From the human T2T-CHM13v2.0 reference genome, Homo sapiens: a stretch of DNA of 64,000 nt. Below, in pieces: positions 38,683 to 51,289 of the stretch. Below the pieces are notes generated by a model, which saw nothing but the letters and a program-made list of their open reading frames with translations, made no database searches and was not told where the DNA came from. The DNA lies in the NCBI RefSeq assembly GCF_009914755.1, contig NC_060944.1. One strand, written 5' to 3'. Made by a program: the position numbers and the translations under genes. Each line of letters begins with the position of its first letter. The first letter of the stretch is position 1.

Positions 38683-39839
38683 ATTTCTCTGGTCGTTTCT
38701 CTGGCTAGAGAAATAACACCTCCCCGAGCTGCATGTGGTGCAGCGGGACCCACACGGTGACCCCGGCTGTGCGTCTGGGAGGGCGGTGGGTGCTGGACCC
38801 CTCCCCACCAGGAGATGAAACACGTGCAATGACAGCAACCCAGGCAAGTCCCCGGGGAGACTCAGAGCCCCGGGCGGGGAAGGGTGGGGAAGGGCTGTCC
38901 CAGGAGGAGGCACTTGCCAAAGAGGCAGTCGCCATGCTGTTGGCTGCAGGTCGGGGGGAGACTGAGACCCACCCAGGTCAGCAGGGGCTGGGAGCGCGGG
39001 TCAGCAGAACGCCCCAGGGAAACCGGGTGGGTGCAGCATCTGGGAGGGGATTTGCCCTGCGAGGCTCCTCGTGGGGCCCTTTATGCCACCAGGTCTCCCA
39101 GTGGGATCAGAGCAGGATCCCATGGCCTGAGGTGGGGCTGCGTCTGGCTCCAGCCCCCACCCCTCATCTGTGCCCACGTGCACCCCAGCCCAGACCACGC
39201 CCAGCTGATCACAGGCCGGGCGAGCTTGAAGGTGCTTGGAGAGGTCAGAGTCCAGCCAGGCTGGGTCTCAGAGCGACCCCCGTCTCTAGCCTCAGACAAG
39301 GTGCCCCTCTCCAGCCCTCAGACACTGGCCTGGCCTGATGAGAGGGACATGGCTGGCAGAGGTTTCTTCCCAGGTTTGATCAGAGCCAGAGCAGGGGAAA
39401 GTTTCCCTGTTGGGGGTGTCGATACTTTGGGAAAATGGGTTCCTGGTCCCAAGGTTGACGTCCCCCTGGCAGAGTGGGCCGCACCGAGGTCAGGACACGA
39501 AGGGTCTTCTCCTGGGTCTGCTGGAGTCGGGGGCAACCTGCAGCCTTAGGGGTGGGGGGTGCGGGTGTCATGGACGTCAGCCCCACCTCCTCTCCTGCAG
39601 CCACCTGAGGCCCACCCACCTCCTCATCCCTGTGCCCAAACCCGCACCCTGGTGCCCAGCACTTGGGGGCGCCCACAGATGTGTCCGTGACCACCTTGGG
39701 AAGTGGCTATGCGTGTGCCGCAGCCCCACCGGGGTGGCTGGGAGGTGCCCTCGGAATGATTCATGCAGTGACTTCCCTGTGGCCTGGCCCATGGCAAGTG
39801 CTCTGGGGACGTGATGGTGGTGCAGGGAACATCGCCCCG

Positions 39840-39931
39840 GGCCTGCAGCTCCCGCCCACGAGCTGTGCCCAAACCTCCCCTCAGGCCTGCAGCTCCCGCC
39901 CACGAGCTGTGCCCAAACTTCCGCTAAGGCC
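39840..39931. repeat. 44 bp two-copy tandem duplication
   Basis: ggcctgcagctcccgcccacgagctgtgcccaaac at 39840 and 39884. Confidence 0.92.
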
Positions 39932-40959
39932 TTGGGCCCAGCTGGATGCAGGGAGCAGGGGGTGCGCTGGGCAGAGAGGGGTCTCCAGGCAGGGACCTTA
40001 AAAAAGGATCCCTTCCGTGCTGCCGGTCAGGCCCCTCCAAGTACTCTCTGGAAAAGGATTTCAAAGTCCAGCCCCGTGCCGTCCACCCAGGCTTCCCTGA
40101 GAGCCACGCCCCAGGGCCCTGTTTCTTGAGAAAATCCCAGCATGAAAAACAGTTGGGAGGAAAACAGTTTGCTGGGTCTCCAAGGCCCCTCGGAGAGCAC
40201 CCTCCCGAGGAGGCCTCTGAGCCACCTGGTGCCACCGGAACAGCTGCAGCCGCCTGGAGAGCCAGAGGGAGCCGGGTGGGGCCCGGGGGTGGCGCTGGCA
40301 TCGCGGAACACCCCCGCCCGCGTTCCAAACGAAAGCACATCACCCCCAAGCGACGCGACCTAGGGGCGAGTTTTAAAAGGAGCACTTACTTATTTTTAGA
40401 GTGTGCTTTTCACTCAGGATCACACGACGGAGCTAAATTGCAATAAAAATAGTGCAATCCCGCCAGCAAGAAGCCCATTCGGCAACGTGTCCTTTTGTTC
40501 AAAATAAAGTGCAAAATGATTTCTCGCAATAACACCAGCAACCGGCTTCAAAGGCCAGCTGGGTTGGCTCAGGATAAATGACTAAGCGTACGCCGAGCCC
40601 TGCGGAGGAAGCTCAGCCGGCCGGGGCTTTGCTCCAGAGCTTCCTTTTCCAAAACAGATGCTTGGGACCAAGATGGAGCCAGGGAAGCCGGGTTGGGTGA
40701 CGGCGTCCGGGTTCCTAGGCTGGCAGGCTCGGAGGCCAGAGGGCAGGCGTCCCTTCGGGTACTGACTCCTGGGGCAGGCAACAGATTCCTCCTGGGAGGC
40801 CCAGGCGGAGGCAGCACAGCATCTCTCTGTTTTCCTGCAGGCCGACGGGGATCCTCAGTGTGGTCCGCTAGGAAGATGAGTGAGCCCCAGAGCTGAGTGT
40901 GTTTGGGCTGTGGATTGTGATGCAGCTGGAAAAACACAACCAGGACCACCCAGCAGGAA

Positions 40960-41075
40960 GCACAGGAAGACTAAGGCACAGAGAGGGTCAAGAACTGGCC
41001 AAGGTCACACAGCAGGTGTGTGGGGAGCTGGGATTTGAACCCAGCTCCAGAGTGTGTGCCTTGACCCCTCACTGC
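40960..41075. mobile_element. MIR fragment
   Basis: actaaggcacagagagggtcaagaactggccaaggtcacacagc...gagctgggatttgaacccag. Confidence 0.8.
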
Positions 41076-41789
41076 CGTCCACAAGGGGACCAATGAGGGT
41101 CCCTTCCCCCAGCAAGTGCCAGACGAGTCCTACTTTACTGCTCCTTGCGGTGCTCCCCCCTCGGCACACCTGAGCCGCCTGGAGCCACTCGGGCAAACCT
41201 CAGGCGTTCCACTCCGATAAGGGTGTCAGGGAAGAGCGAGGGACTGTGCTTCAGGGGGAGAGCTCAGGCTGAGGGAGGAGAGCCAGGCCCGGGGGTAGGG
41301 TGGCGAGGGGCCACCCAAGGGGGCCACACCACCTCCCCGCTTGCCACTGCGGGCTGGACCCGCTCTGCCCGCCTATCTCCTCCACCGCCTGGGAGAAGAC
41401 CCATCCTGGGGGCCCAGAGGGTGGGGCAGGGTGGAAGTGGCCTCGGTCCTCTGCTCCCGAGAGTCCTGCCTGTGCCCAGTGTGGCTGAAGTGACCCAGAG
41501 CCCGGGAGGACGTGGAGGACAAGGCTGGCCCAGTGCCTCTCGAGTCCTGGGCTTTGGCTTCTCCAGAAGCAGCCCCTCCACAGAGGAGGCCTCTGACGTG
41601 TCCAAGGCCTCAGCTATGTCCCAGGAAAGCGGGTTTCTGGGTGAGCTATTCCTCCTCTGGGGAGAATGGAAGCCAGCCTGCCCTATGGGGCTGAGGTGGC
41701 TGAGCCAGACCCACACCCTGAGCTGTCCCGTCTGGGACGTGAGCAGGACTCTTGGAGAAACAACCCTTGCAGATGCTCTGTGGATGACA

Positions 41790-41950
41790 GTGAGGGGTCA
41801 TGGCACACACTCTGGAGCCAGGTGGCCAGACTCAAACCCCAGCTCCCTACACATGTGCTGTGTGACCCTGGACCTGTTCTTTAGCCTTTCTGTGCCTTAG
41901 TCACCGCACCTGCAAAACGAGGCTGCAGCAGCTTACTCAGAGAGGAATAA
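41790..41950. mobile_element. MIR fragment (opposite orientation to the one at 40960)
   Basis: ctcaaaccccagctccc...gctgtgtgaccctggac...ctttctgtgccttagt...ctgcaaaacgagg. Confidence 0.75.
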
Positions 41951-43064
41951 AGGCTGAGGACCTGGGTCTTTACCTGCTGGCTCTCCTGGCCCCCCCCCGG
42001 GGCTCTGAGACACAAAGTCGCACAGGGGTGGGTCCCACTGGAGGAGGGGGTCAGTGTAGAGGTCCCATTTTGCTAATGGATAAAACTTTTTCTCATTTTG
42101 ATTAATAATGACTAAAAACTGTGTTTATTATTCCTTTGTTTTCTGTCCTGCTGGGACTTCAGTCAAAAAATGATTCTCATAGACTCTGAGTCAAGGTGCC
42201 GGAGGGACAGGGTCTTTCTAAACGGCATTTCGCAAGGCCCGCCGGAGGAGGTGCAGTGCCAAGATGCAAAACAGAACCAGCAATAATTCAACTCTGAATA
42301 TTTTGCCTTTAATTACAATAAACTAATAAAGATTTCAGATGCTCTCATTTTAATAGAATGAGGAGTTATAATTGGTGACCTATTTTAGGCAATTTAATTT
42401 CCAATGACCTGTTTTCCAAATTAACATAGTAATCAAGGCCAGGGTGCCGTTCAGGGAGTCAGACCCTCCAAGGGTCCCACACCTGCACCGCGTACAGGCG
42501 CATCTCTTACTAACGTGCTCATAGAAGGAGGTGCTAAATTATGGAAAGGTTCCTTTCTACAGCATCTAATGAGCCTGGATTTTTAAATCAAAGCATAATC
42601 AAAGAAAATGAGCAAGGACATCTTGAGCATCTGTAAAATCACTGTTGAAGCCACAACCCTCAATGACTTCGAAGCTCTTCTCAGGACTGGAGTGTATGTC
42701 CTCCCCGAGGTAGAGATCGCTCTCAGAGGCTCCTTCAAAAACCCCCAGGCAGGAGGGAGGGTGAGTCGCACACCTCGGCCTCAGGTGCCCTCCCGCTGCC
42801 TCCCAGGGACCACCGTGCAGGGCCACCAAGAACAGGCAGGGGGGAGGGGGAGCAAGGTGGGGAAGGTGGGGCAGAAGAGAGAAGCAGGAAGGAGGGAGAG
42901 GAAAGAGAAGAGGGAGATGGACTGGCCTCAGCCACCCCGGAGTACAGGGATGTCATCACACCAGCCCTCCAGCGGCTGAAAGAGCCAGTGAGAGGCAGGT
43001 GGGGGTGTGGATCAGGCCTGATCTCCCCTAGTCTCCTCCTGCAATGCCCAGATTCTTGCCCCCG

Positions 43065-43335
43065 TCCTTCCTTCTCCCTCCTCCCTTCCTCCTCCCTCCT
43101 CTTCCCTCCCTCCTGCTTCCTCCCTCTGCCCTCCCTCCTCCCTCTTCCTCCCTCCTCCTCCCCTCTCCTCTTTCCTCCTCCCTCTCCCTTCCTCCTCCTC
43201 CCCCCTTTCCCACCCTCCTCCCCCTTTCCCTCCCTCCTCCCGACTCCCTCTCCCCTTCTCCCTCTTCTCATCCCTTCCTCCTCCTCCCTCCTCCCTTCCT
43301 CCTCCTCCCTCCTTCCTCCCTCCTCCCTCCTCCCC
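43065..43335. repeat. Polypyrimidine (CCT/CCCT-rich) tract
   Basis: About 270 bp composed almost entirely of C and T. Confidence 0.95.
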
Positions 43336-45168
43336 ACACTGTCCATTTGCAGGCTGCCTGGTCCTAGCCCATATCCAAGGGCCTGTCTCAGCTACAAAGT
43401 TCTGCTCTCTGCTTTTAAATGAGGACACAAGGTGGTTTCCAAAACACATGTACAAGGCAGAAATTGCTCTTGAAACAGCAGACAAGCAAGACACAGCCCT
43501 CCCTCCTGTTCACATTAGAGGCTGCAGGCAACCCCAGTTGTCTCAGAAATGGGAACAAGCCCCCTGCTCAGCAGAGCTGGTTTCCCATGGATAGAGCTGT
43601 TGGCTTTCTGGAAACCTTTTTCTCCCCACCCTAGACCCCAAACATCCTTGGGGTTGTGTAAGAAGGAAGGGGATGTCCCAGGCTGGAGGCTGGCAGGGCA
43701 GCTGGAATACGGGAGTGGGAGGGGAGGGAGGAGGCGAGCAGGGAGGAGGGCCAGTTCTCCTACATGCCTTCTTCCGGCCTCTTCTTCCCCACTCGGGGTT
43801 CTCACAGGTCCCGCCCTTGGTGCCAGTGATGTCTCTTCTGCACCTGCTAAAGGGCAGAGGGGCCCCTTGGAGGCAGCTCCATCCAGGCCTGGCTGAGATG
43901 TCCAAGAGGCAGCAGGGTACAGGGGTGCAGGTTAACCCTGCCCCAGAGTCTCTGTCCAGGAGCAGCAGGAGCAGGCTCAGGACGGCTTCAGCTCCATGGC
44001 TGCCCTGGGTGGAAGTCAGGCTGGATACAGAGGCCAGGTCTACGGACCCTGCAGGCCTCAGAGGAGGAAGTTCTGTTTTGGGAGCCCACTGGTTCCTGGG
44101 GCCCATGAGCCCCACCTACTTCCCACCAGCAGCATCTTCCCCTTGCCCCACTGCAGCCCCTGGACACAGTACAGCACAGGGCGGAGTGAGGGCTGGGAGG
44201 GCCTTTGTGGAGTCCCACTGGCTTCAGGTGAAGATAGAGGGCCCTGGCTGACCCCAAGCCTGATCCCCAGTGGGCCTGCTCCTCTCTTCTCACCCCGCCA
44301 CTTCTCTGGGCCTTTTCCAAGCCAAACTCTGCTCCCTCATTCAATAAAATCTCTCCCGCAAGCCAGCTCCCTGGGCCTCCACCCGCCCATGGCCTCCGCA
44401 GTGGCCAGGAGCCTGCGGGAGAAGGTGGCATCTCTTCCCTTCCGTAAAATCTCCCCGCCCTATTTACAGGAGAAACAATGCTCTGTGGCTCCCAGCCAGC
44501 CCTGTCTCCCCTGACCTTGAGCACCTTTGTCTAAAGGGATGCCCTCCTTAATTCTGTGCTGAGCTGGATTAATTTTTAAAGATGAAGCTCCTGGCTCGTG
44601 TGTGCTGCTATTTGTGGTGGCGAGGTCAGGCAGAGTGCCGGCCCGGGGAGCAGGAGGTATTAGCGGGCACTAATTCCCTGGGGACAGCAGGCCGGGATTA
44701 TCGCTGTGTGCCCAGCCCTTGCCAGCCCTGCTGGCTGCCAGCTGCTGGCAGGGGCCTCACTGTGCCAGGCTGGTGGCAGCCCACAGTGCACTGGCCACAT
44801 GGAGCGCACTGGGTCACGGAGCTCTGGATTCAGGTGGGAGTATGCCCCCCACCGCCAAAGCCATCCTTCCTGGCAGCAAAGGCCTGTGGGCTGTGGCTGC
44901 ACCTCTTTCCTGGGTCCAGTTTCCCCCCAGGGATTCAAAGTTCCTGGCCCTTTTGTGGCTAGGGTGACCACAGATGACTCACTTGGGGCGCTAGCTGGGG
45001 AGGCTAAGGAGTCCTCCATCAGCCCCCCAGCGCTTCCTGCAGAGCCCATTGGGCGTCCTATGACGGAGGGCCCTGCAATGATGCCAGGTTTCAAGGTGTG
45101 CAAGGGGAGGCTCCTGCCTTGGGCAGGTTTGTCTGTCTAGAGAAATAACACCTCCCTGTGCCAACAAC

Positions 45169-45476
45169 AGGGAAACTGACGGGGTGAGATGCACGTTACA
45201 GCAGCGAGGGAAACTGACGGGGTGAGATGCACGTTACAGCAGCGAGGGAAACTGACGGGGTGAGATGCACGTTACAGCAGCGAGGGAAACTGACGGGGTG
45301 AGATGCACGTTACAGCAGGGAGGGAAACTGACGGGGTGAGATGCACGTTACAGCAGGGAGGGAAACTGACGGGGTGAGATGCACGTTACAGCAGGGAGGG
45401 AAACTGACGGGGTGAGATGCACGTTACAGCAGGGAGGGAAACTGACGGGGTGAGATGCACGTTACAGCAGCGAGGG
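45169..45476. repeat. 38 bp minisatellite, 8 near-identical copies
   Basis: AGGGAAACTGACGGGGTGAGATGCACGTTACAGCAG(C/G)G; only one position varies. Confidence 0.98.
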
Positions 45477-45506
45477 CTGGAAGAGTGCAGCGCAGGCGCC
45501 TGGTCC

Positions 45507-45660
45507 CTGGGCTTCTCCAAAACAGTGTAGTGTCAGCCTCTCCCAGGAGCTCCTCAGAAACAGAATCCTAGGCCTCACCTCAGACCCTCTTCATCCAAGT
45601 CCACATTTTCACAAGACCTCCAGGCAACTCAAACACACATTTATGTTTGAGAAGTGCTGC
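45507..45660. mobile_element. MER5A-like hAT MITE
   Basis: agaaacagaatcctaggcctcacctcagacc...cattttcacaagacctccaggcaactc...gtttgagaagtgctg. Confidence 0.7.
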
Positions 45661-45846
45661 TGCCCTGTTAGGCTCCTGGGGGAGGTCAGTCCTAGAGGTG
45701 GGGGCCTTGCAGATGGGCAGAGCCACGTGGGAAGCAGTGTGTGGTCCCTGAGCCAGAGGGTCATCAGGGCCTGAAGCTCCCCCACGCACAAGAGGGCGCC
45801 GGTGCAGCCATCGCCCCATCACACTCCTCCTTTAGAAAGCAAAAGA

Positions 45847-46279
<433 letters not shown>

Positions 46280-46377
46280 TTACAACTGCGTTTCCCCTGC
46301 TCAAGATCCTCACAGCACTTAGAGGACAGGAGGGTTGTCAGCGCTGAGTCCTGATCACACAGGCTTAGTGTTCAGCA

Positions 46378-47275
46378 GGTGGTTGGGGAACACGTGGATG
46401 GATAGGTGAATGACTGGGTGGGTGGGTGGAAGGATGAATGAATAGAAGGACGGATGGGTAGGAGGATAATTCAGGGGATGGATGGATGGATGGATGGATG
46501 GATGGATGGATGGTGGATAGGGGGTGGGTGGGTTGTGGATGGGGATGGATGGGGATGGGTGACTGGATGGTGAATGGTGGATGGATGGTGGGTGGGGTGT
46601 GGATGGATGGTGGCTGGGTGGATGAGTAGGTGGGTGAATAAATGGTGAATTGGTGGTGGATGGGTGGTGGATGACGGATAGGTGGTGGGTGGGTGGGTGG
46701 GTGGTAGATTGGAGGATGGATGGTGGTGGGTAGATTGTGGATGGGGATGGATAGTGGATGGATGATGAGTGGGTGGATGAGTAGATGGTGGATGGGGGAT
46801 GAGTGACTAGATGGTGGATGGATGGTAGGTGGGTTGTGGATAGTGCATGAATGGTAGCTAGATGAGTGGATGGATGGTGGGTGGGCTGTGGATGGGTGGA
46901 TGGGTGGGGGATGGGTGGATAGATGGTGGATGGTTGGTGGATGGTGGATGGATGGGGGATGGGTTGCAGATAGTGCATGGATGGTATCTAGGTGGGTGGA
47001 CAGATGGTGGGTGGGCTGTGGATGGTGGATGGTTGGTGGATGGTGGATGGGGGATGGGTGAATAGATGGTGGGTGGGTTGTGGATGGTGGATGGGTGGTG
47101 GATGGTGGATGGATTGTGGGTGGGTTGTGGTTGGTGGATGGATGGTGGATGGATGGTGGGTGGGCTGTGGATGGTGGATGGATGGTAGCTAGGTGGGTGG
47201 ATAGATGGTGGATTGGTGGTGGATTGATGGTGGATGAGTGGATGGTGGATGGAGGATTAGGTGGGTGAATGGATG
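46378..47275. repeat. (TGGA/TGGG)n degenerate simple repeat, about 900 bp
   Basis: GGAT, GGTG and TGGA units throughout, with a pure (GGAT)n core near 46477-46512. Confidence 0.97.
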
Positions 47276-47548
47276 ACTTTAGTCTCCAGAGAGTAAGAAA
47301 AGCAAGACGAACTCTAGTACGCCACTGGTGGGAATGTGAAATGTCGTAGGTACTTTGGGAAATAGTCTGGCAGTTCCTCAAAACCTCTGGGGTAGGCTGT
47401 GAGGTCCCTCCCAGGGCTCAGCCGTGGGGCCCCATGTACTCAGGTGGTGCTCACCCAGCCCTGGGGGGCATTCTTTTGGGGTAAACACAGTTACCTCGTG
47501 ACCCAGCAATTCTGCTCCTAGGCATGTAGCAAGGAAAAATGAAAACAC

Positions 47549-47727
47549 GCAGCCATACAAAAGCACGTGCACCCACGTTCACAGCAGCCATACAAAAGCA
47601 CGTGCACCCACGTTCACAGCAGCCATACAAAAGCACGTGCACCCACGTTCACAGCAGCCATACAAAAGCATGTGCACCCACGTTCACAGCAGCCATACAA
47701 AAGCACGTGCACCCACGTTCACAGCAG
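47549..47727. repeat. 35 bp minisatellite, 5 copies
   Basis: AGCCATACAAAAGCACGTGCACCCACGTTCACAGC at 47551, 47586, 47621, 47656 and 47691. Confidence 0.97.
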
Positions 47728-48112
47728 TTTCATTCATGACGAGCCGAAACGTGGAGACAACCCAGATGTCTATCCTGATGAACAGATCAGGAAAACGGGG
47801 CACACCCAGACAAAGGGATGTGATAGGGTCACAAAAGGACTGATGTGCAGATTCATGCTACAACGTCAGGGAGCCTCGCAAACGTCGTGCTCAGTGAATA
47901 AACAGACACACACGACAGCATGTATCGTGTGGTTCTGTGTGTATGACACATCCAGAATAGGCAAATCCTTCCAAAGAGACAGAAGGTAGAGGCGCGGTCG
48001 CTGGGACAGATGTGGGGACGGGCAAGGTAAAGCAGCACAGACCTTCCTTTGGGGGATAAAAATGTTCTAAAGCGGATCAGGGGTGATGGCTGCACGGGCC
48101 TGTGACTATGCT

Positions 48113-48437
<325 letters not shown>

Positions 48438-50279
48438 TTATTGAATTGTGCGGTTTGAAAGAGTGAAGTGGGGCATGTGGGTTGTATCTCAGTAAAGCTA
48501 TTAGTTACCCAAGAAAAGCACAGAAAGCGAGATGGTCAGGCCCATCACCCTGCTTCCTCCCAGGGGCCTGTGGGTGAGGCTCAACTCAGGAGCTGGGGAA
48601 CAAGGACAAGGCCCTGGGCCGGGCGTCTGTGGGGCCACCTTGCACCATGCTGCCAGCCCCAGCCTGCTCCGCTCCTCACCTCTGGGCCTGGCCCTGCACA
48701 GACTGGGTCACCCTCTTTTCACAAGGCAGGACAGCACTGTGCTTCCTGTTCAGCCCAGGCTGTCCATTTCCCACCAGAGGGAGGGGAGCAGTGAGCCCCC
48801 CCCAGGGGCTCATCAGATTGGGGGATCCCATGTGCCCAGGGAGGCAATCTCTGAGCCCCGCAGCCCTGGCCTGTGGAAGCAGCCTGATGGCCATGCATTT
48901 CAGAAACACCCACTAGGAGCTGGGCCACACCTCTCGTTAAAAGCTGGACAGCCAAGGCCCCAGGGCTGGCCCTGGGCAAGTCTCCTGTCAGCTATGGGAT
49001 CCACTGGTAGGGTCTACAGGCTGATGGAGCCAGGAGCGGGCAAACATCCCACTTTGGTCCCAGAGGGCACTGTGCAGCTTCTGCCGTCACAGGGGACATT
49101 CCCAAGTGACCAGAGGGGACATCCACCCTGAGCAGCTCCACTGTTGGGGGCCTCAGGCTATGTGGCTGGGCTGAGCTGCCAGCTCCCAAACAGGACGTTG
49201 GCCTCTTCTGACATCCAAGCTCTGGCAGGGGCATGTGTCCTGCTGGATGGGACTGGACAATCCTCACGGGCTAGGGGAAGTATAGCCCAGGGCAGCCAGG
49301 GGAGGCTCCTCTCCATGGAGGGAGGACCCCAAGGCCAGGGTGCTTTCCTGAGCACTCAGGACTGCCATGGGAAAAGCAGGCCCCTGTCAGCCGTGTGCAC
49401 AGCCCCTCCCACACCTGCCTGGGAAAAGTGAGGCCTTAGAGCCCGGGAGGCAAATCTGCTCCAACCCTGGAGGTGCAGAGACCAAAGCCAGGGGAGGCTT
49501 GCTGAGGACACCTGCCGAGGGGCCTTGGGATCTGGGCCAGAACTGCAGCATGGCTGGGAGCCCCTGGGCCCATCTGGAGGAGGCTGAGTGGTAACAGGCG
49601 CCCTAGCTTCACACTAGCCACCCACTGCCCCCCACTCAGTCACCTCCTCTGCTGCCCATACTGAGACCTGGTGGCTCAACCAAGACTTTGGAAGGACAAA
49701 CCGGTGGTCATGGGTCACGTGCCCACCGTTCAAGGCCCCAAGAAGCCCCCTCCATTGCTGCTCTGTCCCGGAGGTTCCTGCAAGGAACACACCTTTTGCT
49801 TCCATGGTGACATTTGCGGTGCTGTTTTAGGCTTTTCCGCCTCTTTCCTTCACAGGGTCCTGGGGCACCACACCAGGGAGGCCTGGCCGGGCACACACAG
49901 AGGACAGTGGGAAGTAAGCACCAGGGCCCGGCCTCCTGCCTGAGGGGTCAGCCAGCCGCTGACCACGTCCTGTAGCTCCTAACGTAAGCTTTGCACCCAA
50001 GAACAAGGGGCCCTTCCAGCCCCTGACTCCCCAGTTAACCCCCAAACACTACAGAGTGTTGGCCACAGTCACACACATCCAGCCCCAGGAGGGCCTCTGC
50101 CTCCTCCCTTGACCTCCAAGTCCCCTTCCTGCCATTCCCTGCCCTGGGTGCCCCCACTCCCGCCTTTGACTCACCCCATGGCCATTTGCAGACGTGGAGC
50201 CCCTGGCAAGGTTCACCTGCGCCAGGATCCCACCACCTCCTCCGCCTCCAGTGGCCATGCAGGCCCGCTGACCACATCC

Positions 50280-50685
50280 CTACTGGGCACATGTTGGACC
50301 CCAAATTTCCTGTCCACCAGACCCTCAGACTATGAGCTTATCTGGAATAAGGGTCTTTGCAGACATAACGAAGGGAAAGATACTGAAATGAGGCCACCAT
50401 GCATGAGGGTGGGTCCCAAATCCAGTGAGACAGAGAAGCAGAGATGGACACAAATTCGGAGAAGAACACCACGTGAAGAGGGGAGCCGAGGCTGGAGCGA
50501 GGCAGCCACAAGCCAAGGGACGCTTGGGGCCATTGAAAGTTTGAAGAGGCAGGAAGGACATCCCCCACCAACAGAGCTCCTGGAGGAAGCAGGCCCTGTC
50601 CACACCTTGATTTCAGATCCTTGATCTCCAGAACATGAGGGAAGAATTTTCTGTTGTTTTCTGGCTCCCTCCACAGCTCTTAGCG
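50280..50685 (+). mobile_element. MLT1 LTR
   Basis: ggaataagggtctttgcagacataa...gcagccacaagccaaggga...ggccctgtccacaccttgatttcaga...ctccagaacatgagggaagaattttctgttgtttt. Confidence 0.88.
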
Positions 50686-51289
50686 CTGTGGGGCTGCAGA
50701 CTGGTCTCCTGGCTAACCAGAGAGCCCGTGCTGATAGAGCCACTGCTCAGCCCTGCCTGCACCCAGCATCCAGCGTGGGGCCTGGACCGTCATTGTGTCC
50801 TGGTAGATATTGGTCAAATATGGAATGAAAGAGCCTTGGAGTCAGACACAGGGCTGAACGAGTCCTTTTCAGGCCATGGTCTAAGCTCCACACGGCACCT
50901 GGAGCACCGCCGTGGCACCCGCTGGGGTCCACAAACACCTCCCGGCCTGAAAAGGGGAATCCCAGCCTTTCCATGATCTCTGGAGATTTGGGACACTTGT
51001 GAATCATGCATCGGCTTTACAGGACGCTCTGGGGCTCAGGGAGTTGACAGGTCAACAGTCGGATAGACCGTCCAGGGAAGCTCCCAGGAAGTGGAGCAAG
51101 CTCGGGCGGGCAGATGCCGGGTGTCTCCTGGGACCTGCTGCAAATGCCCTCCCCACCTGCCCAACCCCACCCCCTACCCCAGACAGAGAGCATAGCCCCT
51201 GCCTGCCAGGAAGGGTGAGCGCCCAGCACAAACAGATTCAGGGCCTCCCGCTGCCCCAGAGGACCTCTACATTCATCAACCCTTGACGT

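Noticed and set aside
45169-45476. CRISPR-like regular repeats (also at 7347, 47549 and 6520)
   Set aside because: Head-to-tail units with no unique spacers and no cas genes, in primate DNA.
46355-47381. His/Pro-rich ORFs
   Set aside because: Translation of a (TCCA)n simple repeat.
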